From Bacteroidia bacterium (lineage in GTDB: Bacteria > Bacteroidota > Bacteroidia > B-17B0 > Aurantibacillaceae), in assembly GCA_031428235.1 (NCBI GenBank), contig JANPOX010000602.1:1-28813 (forward strand): a stretch of 28,813 nucleotides of DNA. The letters run 5' to 3'. The notes beneath the pieces are model-generated. The model was not told the origin of the DNA. It made no database searches and saw only the letters and a program-made list of their open reading frames with translations. Position numbers and translations under genes: made by a program. Below, in pieces: positions 25,707 to 28,813 of this stretch. Every line of letters begins with the position of its first letter. The first letter of the stretch is position 1.

Positions 25707-27149
25707 ATGGATAAAACGTTAGCGAATAATAAAGTTGAATTTCATGATAATATTTTAACATGCTTTGGTAAAACATTCTTTTATTTTGAATCCTTTAGTT
25801 CATTAAAGATTGATGATCTTGAAAAATACGACGCGATCATCATCGATGCCAGAGACGTAGAATTCACACGCATCATTATCAAAAAATTCCGCAGTCATTC
25901 AAATATGGAATTTTATCTGAAACCACTTTTTTTAATTAATAATAAAGTCACAGATGATCCATATATAAAAGAATTGGCGGATGGCATCATCATGTCTTTT
26001 GATCAGATACCTGAAACAATCAATGATATAAATCAGATTAACATGAAGATTACGCGACTTGAAAGTTCGCCAACTTCATCTTTTGAGATTCAGGTATTTA
26101 AAAAAGCGCTGAACTTTATGTTTACCCGTGAAATCAATACGTTAAAACCTATTACAGATATTAACTCTACTATAGGCTATTGTTATCCTGTAATTTCCGT
26201 GAATTTTGAAGCCTTTGAAGAAGCAAAAGTTATTGAAATTTTAGAATGGGCCGAAAAAGAACATTTGATATGGCCTGATTTCCAGGACAGGGTTTATTTG
26301 TGCAGTAATTGCAAAGGGGGCCATCTGTCTTTTAGGGAAATATGCCCTAATTGTGATTCGGCAAATATGCGGTCAGAAGATCTTGTTCATCATTTTCCTT
26401 GTGGATACATTGGAGCAATTAGTGATTTTAAAAACAACATTGATACTGTTTTAACTTGCCCTAAATGTTCCAAAAATTTACGACACATTGGTGTGGATTA
26501 TGATAAGCCTTCTATCATTAACCATTGTCATAATTGCAATGATGTTTTTCAGGATTATTTAGTAAAAGCAAAATGCATACAATGTAAAACTGATACCGAT
26601 GTGCAGTTCCTGATTTCGAAGGATATCAATCTGTATAAACTCACCAAAAAAGGAAGGAACTCTGCGGTGGGTGGAATTTACACGTCAGATTATGAATTGG
26701 ATCATGAAATTGCAGGTACATTGGATTTTAAAACGTTCTCAACCATGATGCATTATGAACAGGAAAGGACAAAGGCGAACGTGACACTCAGTTCAAACCT
26801 GGTAGTTTTTTACTTCGAGAATATTTTTGATTTATATAAGATAGTTAGTAAGTCTAAAGAAAAATCGTTGTTGGCAGAATTTGTAACGATCATTCGTGAT
26901 AACATCACCCCGGCCGATTTTATTTGCATCAATAATCCTTCCATCATCAGTATCTGTGTGAATGATGTAGCTTTGGAGGAAGCTAAGATCATGGTATTGA
27001 AAATTACGGATAAGATCGAGGAATTAGTGAGGGATAACTTCGAAAAATTTGAATTATCAGTTGTTTCGCAGGTTGCCTTATTGAGCAAAAGTCAATCTTT
27101 TGATAAGCAAATCCAATCTATTATTAAAGAGTTGGTTGAAAAAACATGA
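25707..27149 (+). CDS. TackOD1-like multi-zinc protein with degenerate receiver-like N-terminus and degenerate GGDEF-like C-terminus
   Basis: aa 199-293 carry CSNC, CPNC, HFPC, CPKC, CHNC, CIQC plus LRHIGVDYDKP; aa ~337-480 follow the GGDEF secondary-structure pattern without the signature. Confidence 0.7.
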   Translation: MDKTLANNKVEFHDNILTCFGKTFFYFESFSSLKIDDLEKYDAIIIDARDVEFTRIIIKKFRSHSNMEFYLKPLFLINNKVTDDPYIKELADGIIMSFDQIPETINDINQINMKITRLESSPTSSFEIQVFKKALNFMFTREINTLKPITDINSTIGYCYPVISVNFEAFEEAKVIEILEWAEKEHLIWPDFQDRVYLCSNCKGGHLSFREICPNCDSANMRSEDLVHHFPCGYIGAISDFKNNIDTVLTCPKCSKNLRHIGVDYDKPSIINHCHNCNDVFQDYLVKAKCIQCKTDTDVQFLISKDINLYKLTKKGRNSAVGGIYTSDYELDHEIAGTLDFKTFSTMMHYEQERTKANVTLSSNLVVFYFENIFDLYKIVSKSKEKSLLAEFVTIIRDNITPADFICINNPSIISICVNDVALEEAKIMVLKITDKIEELVRDNFEKFELSVVSQVALLSKSQSFDKQIQSIIKELVEKT

Positions 27150-28456
27150 TAGAAGCCGTTGACGGATTTTTTAGTTATATCTCAGCTGCCGGTCCCTCCA
27201 AGTTATTAAGAATATTCTGGTTTTTTGTTTTTTTTGAGTTCGCCCGTTTCTTTATTTTTGAATTAGCCGTTCTAATCATCTGGAAATTGCGTGAACCGCA
27301 ACGCAAAGAACGTTATAGTAACGCCAGAAGACGATTGTTTATTGAACGCCCTTTAGTTTCTGTAATTGTTCCAGGAAAAAATGAAGGGTTGCACATTTTT
27401 AAATTGGCCAATTCCTTAAAAGAACAAAGTTATACCAATTTTGAGTTTATAGTAATTGATGATGGTTCTGATGACGATACAGAGCGGATCTGTAAGAGTC
27501 TTCAGAAAAACGGGTTTATTGATTTATTTTTAAGAAATGATGTTAGGGGCGGAAAAGCATCAGCAGCTAATTTAGGTTATCGGTTTTCCAAAGGAAAAAT
27601 TATTGTCCATTTGGATGCAGATTGTAGTTATGATAATGATGCCATTGAAAAAATCATTATTCCTTTTTATCTGGATGATGCCATTGGTGCAGTTGGTGGA
27701 AATATTTTGGTCAGAAATTATAAAGATAGTTTATGTGCCACTTTGCAGGCGATAGAGTATTCTGATACCATTTCAGTTGGACGAATCACTTCCAGTTATT
27801 TGGGTATTTACAGGTTGGTGTCGGGAGCTTTTGGTGCATTTAAACGCGAAGCGCTTGATCGTGTAGGTGGCTGGGATATCGGACCTGGGTTAGATGGTGA
27901 TATAACGGTAAAATTACGAAAGCTAGGATATTTAATTGTATTTGAATCGGAAGCTGTTTGTCAGACAAGTGTGCCGGACACTTTCAGGAAATTAGTTAAG
28001 CAGCGTTTACGATGGGATAAATCCATTATTCGTTTCAGAGTCAGAAAACACCGCGATGTGTTTTATCCAAATGCTACCTTTCGCTTTTCAAATTTTGTAT
28101 CCAGTGCAGAAAATATTACCTATAATTTGTTGTTAAATATAAAATGGTGGATCTACCTGGTAGACATGGTTGTTAATTACACTTCTTTGCTGGCTTTTGT
28201 TTTTCCATTTAATATTTTGCTGTATACCGTTAATAATTTTTTGAAGTTTTTGGTATTTTCTTTATTCAGAAAGAGAAAAAATTCCTCGATTATTTATTTT
28301 ATTCCTTACTTACCACTCATGGTATTGTATTTTGGATTTTATTTAAGGTTAGTGCGTTCTGTAGCTTATGTACAGGAGTTCTTTTTTAAGCGTTCTTATA
28401 AAGATGCATGGAACCCGGCAAAGTCTTCCAATCATGCAAAAAAACTGGGAATTTAA
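27146..28456 (+). CDS. Processive membrane GT2 glycosyltransferase (PgaC/IcaA/NodC/HAS-like)
   Basis: DDG (105-107), GKA, DAD (157-159), SGAFGAF, D250, QRLRW (286-290); N-terminal and C-terminal TM segments. Confidence 0.92.
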   Translation: MIEAVDGFFSYISAAGPSKLLRIFWFFVFFEFARFFIFELAVLIIWKLREPQRKERYSNARRRLFIERPLVSVIVPGKNEGLHIFKLANSLKEQSYTNFEFIVIDDGSDDDTERICKSLQKNGFIDLFLRNDVRGGKASAANLGYRFSKGKIIVHLDADCSYDNDAIEKIIIPFYLDDAIGAVGGNILVRNYKDSLCATLQAIEYSDTISVGRITSSYLGIYRLVSGAFGAFKREALDRVGGWDIGPGLDGDITVKLRKLGYLIVFESEAVCQTSVPDTFRKLVKQRLRWDKSIIRFRVRKHRDVFYPNATFRFSNFVSSAENITYNLLLNIKWWIYLVDMVVNYTSLLAFVFPFNILLYTVNNFLKFLVFSLFRKRKNSSIIYFIPYLPLMVLYFGFYLRLVRSVAYVQEFFFKRSYKDAWNPAKSSNHAKKLGI

Positions 28457-28596
28457 CTTTTTAAAATTGCAAGTAGTTTAAAAACGCTCAAAACGCTTAG
28501 GTGTTCAATTTAATTGATGTTATGAGCAGTTGGCAGTTAAAAACCCTCTTTTATCAAACATTGAAACTTTAGTTATTTTTAGGTAAATTCGCGTAT

Positions 28597-28813
28597 ATGA
28601 CATTTATATCAAAAAAAAATAAAGCTGATAGTAAACATAGTTCAGCAATTATCTGCTCAGTATTTAAAAATAGAACAGAGTATGCTTTAACTAAAGAGCA
28701 GTCAGATTATATCACTCATGATATTAAAATAAACGATAAAAAACTAATTTGCATCAACACTTTTTCACGTTTGGTATGTATTATCTTGATAGATGATAAA
28801 AAGAATCATTATA
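28597..28813 (+). CDS. 5' part of an ORF truncated by the window edge; possibly the N-terminus of an M17 leucyl aminopeptidase (weak)
   Basis: 72 open codons from ATG 28597 to the window end, preceded by a TAAATTCG -7-like element. The product guess is an impression only; no catalytic motif is in view. Confidence 0.5.
   Translation, partial: MTFISKKNKADSKHSSAIICSVFKNRTEYALTKEQSDYITHDIKINDKKLICINTFSRLVCIILIDDKKNHY

Noticed and set aside
2410-28456. Numerous 60-135 aa ORFs antisense or nested within longer genes (e.g. 2410..2685, 6945..7199, 7554..7961, 19294..19536, 19364..19642, 20245..20598, 21035..21313, 26810..27088)
   Set aside because: Fully overlap confidently assigned genes and show no signal peptide, motif or promoter support.
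28481-28538. Short tandem motifs AAAACGCT x2 and GCAGTT(G) x2 after the GT2 gene
   Set aside because: Two-copy low-complexity repeats; not distinguishable from chance.

Overview
AT-rich Bacteroidota chromosomal window; the assignment rests on TAnnTTTG/TTTG promoters, T9SS C-terminal sorting domains and the rsmA-DUF4286-TPR gene order. Left end: the probable end of an integrative element whose large serine recombinase reads through the terminator and 3' half of an antisense tRNA-Val(TAC) and stops in the anticodon loop. Next: a minus-strand run of lipoprotein, DUF2490-like barrel, T9SS repeat protein, YD-like repeat protein, VTC-domain protein and DUF4956-like membrane protein. It is divergent from a small PPP-ending leader-like ORF, a SulP transporter and a beta-carbonic anhydrase. 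Middle: housekeeping and hypothetical genes (rsmA, DUF4286, TPR, DUF2157-like pair, ABC permease, recQ), REP-like palindromes and a frameshifted T9SS cargo gene. Right end, the best candidate for an undescribed system: a tightly coupled four-gene operon of a TolC-like channel fused to a GH18-like barrel, a HlyD-type membrane-fusion protein, a multi-zinc TackOD1-like protein with a degenerate GGDEF-like domain, and a processive GT2 with a non-canonical catalytic motif. It looks like a synthase-dependent polysaccharide secretion system. All family assignments come from motif recognition by eye; no database search was run.
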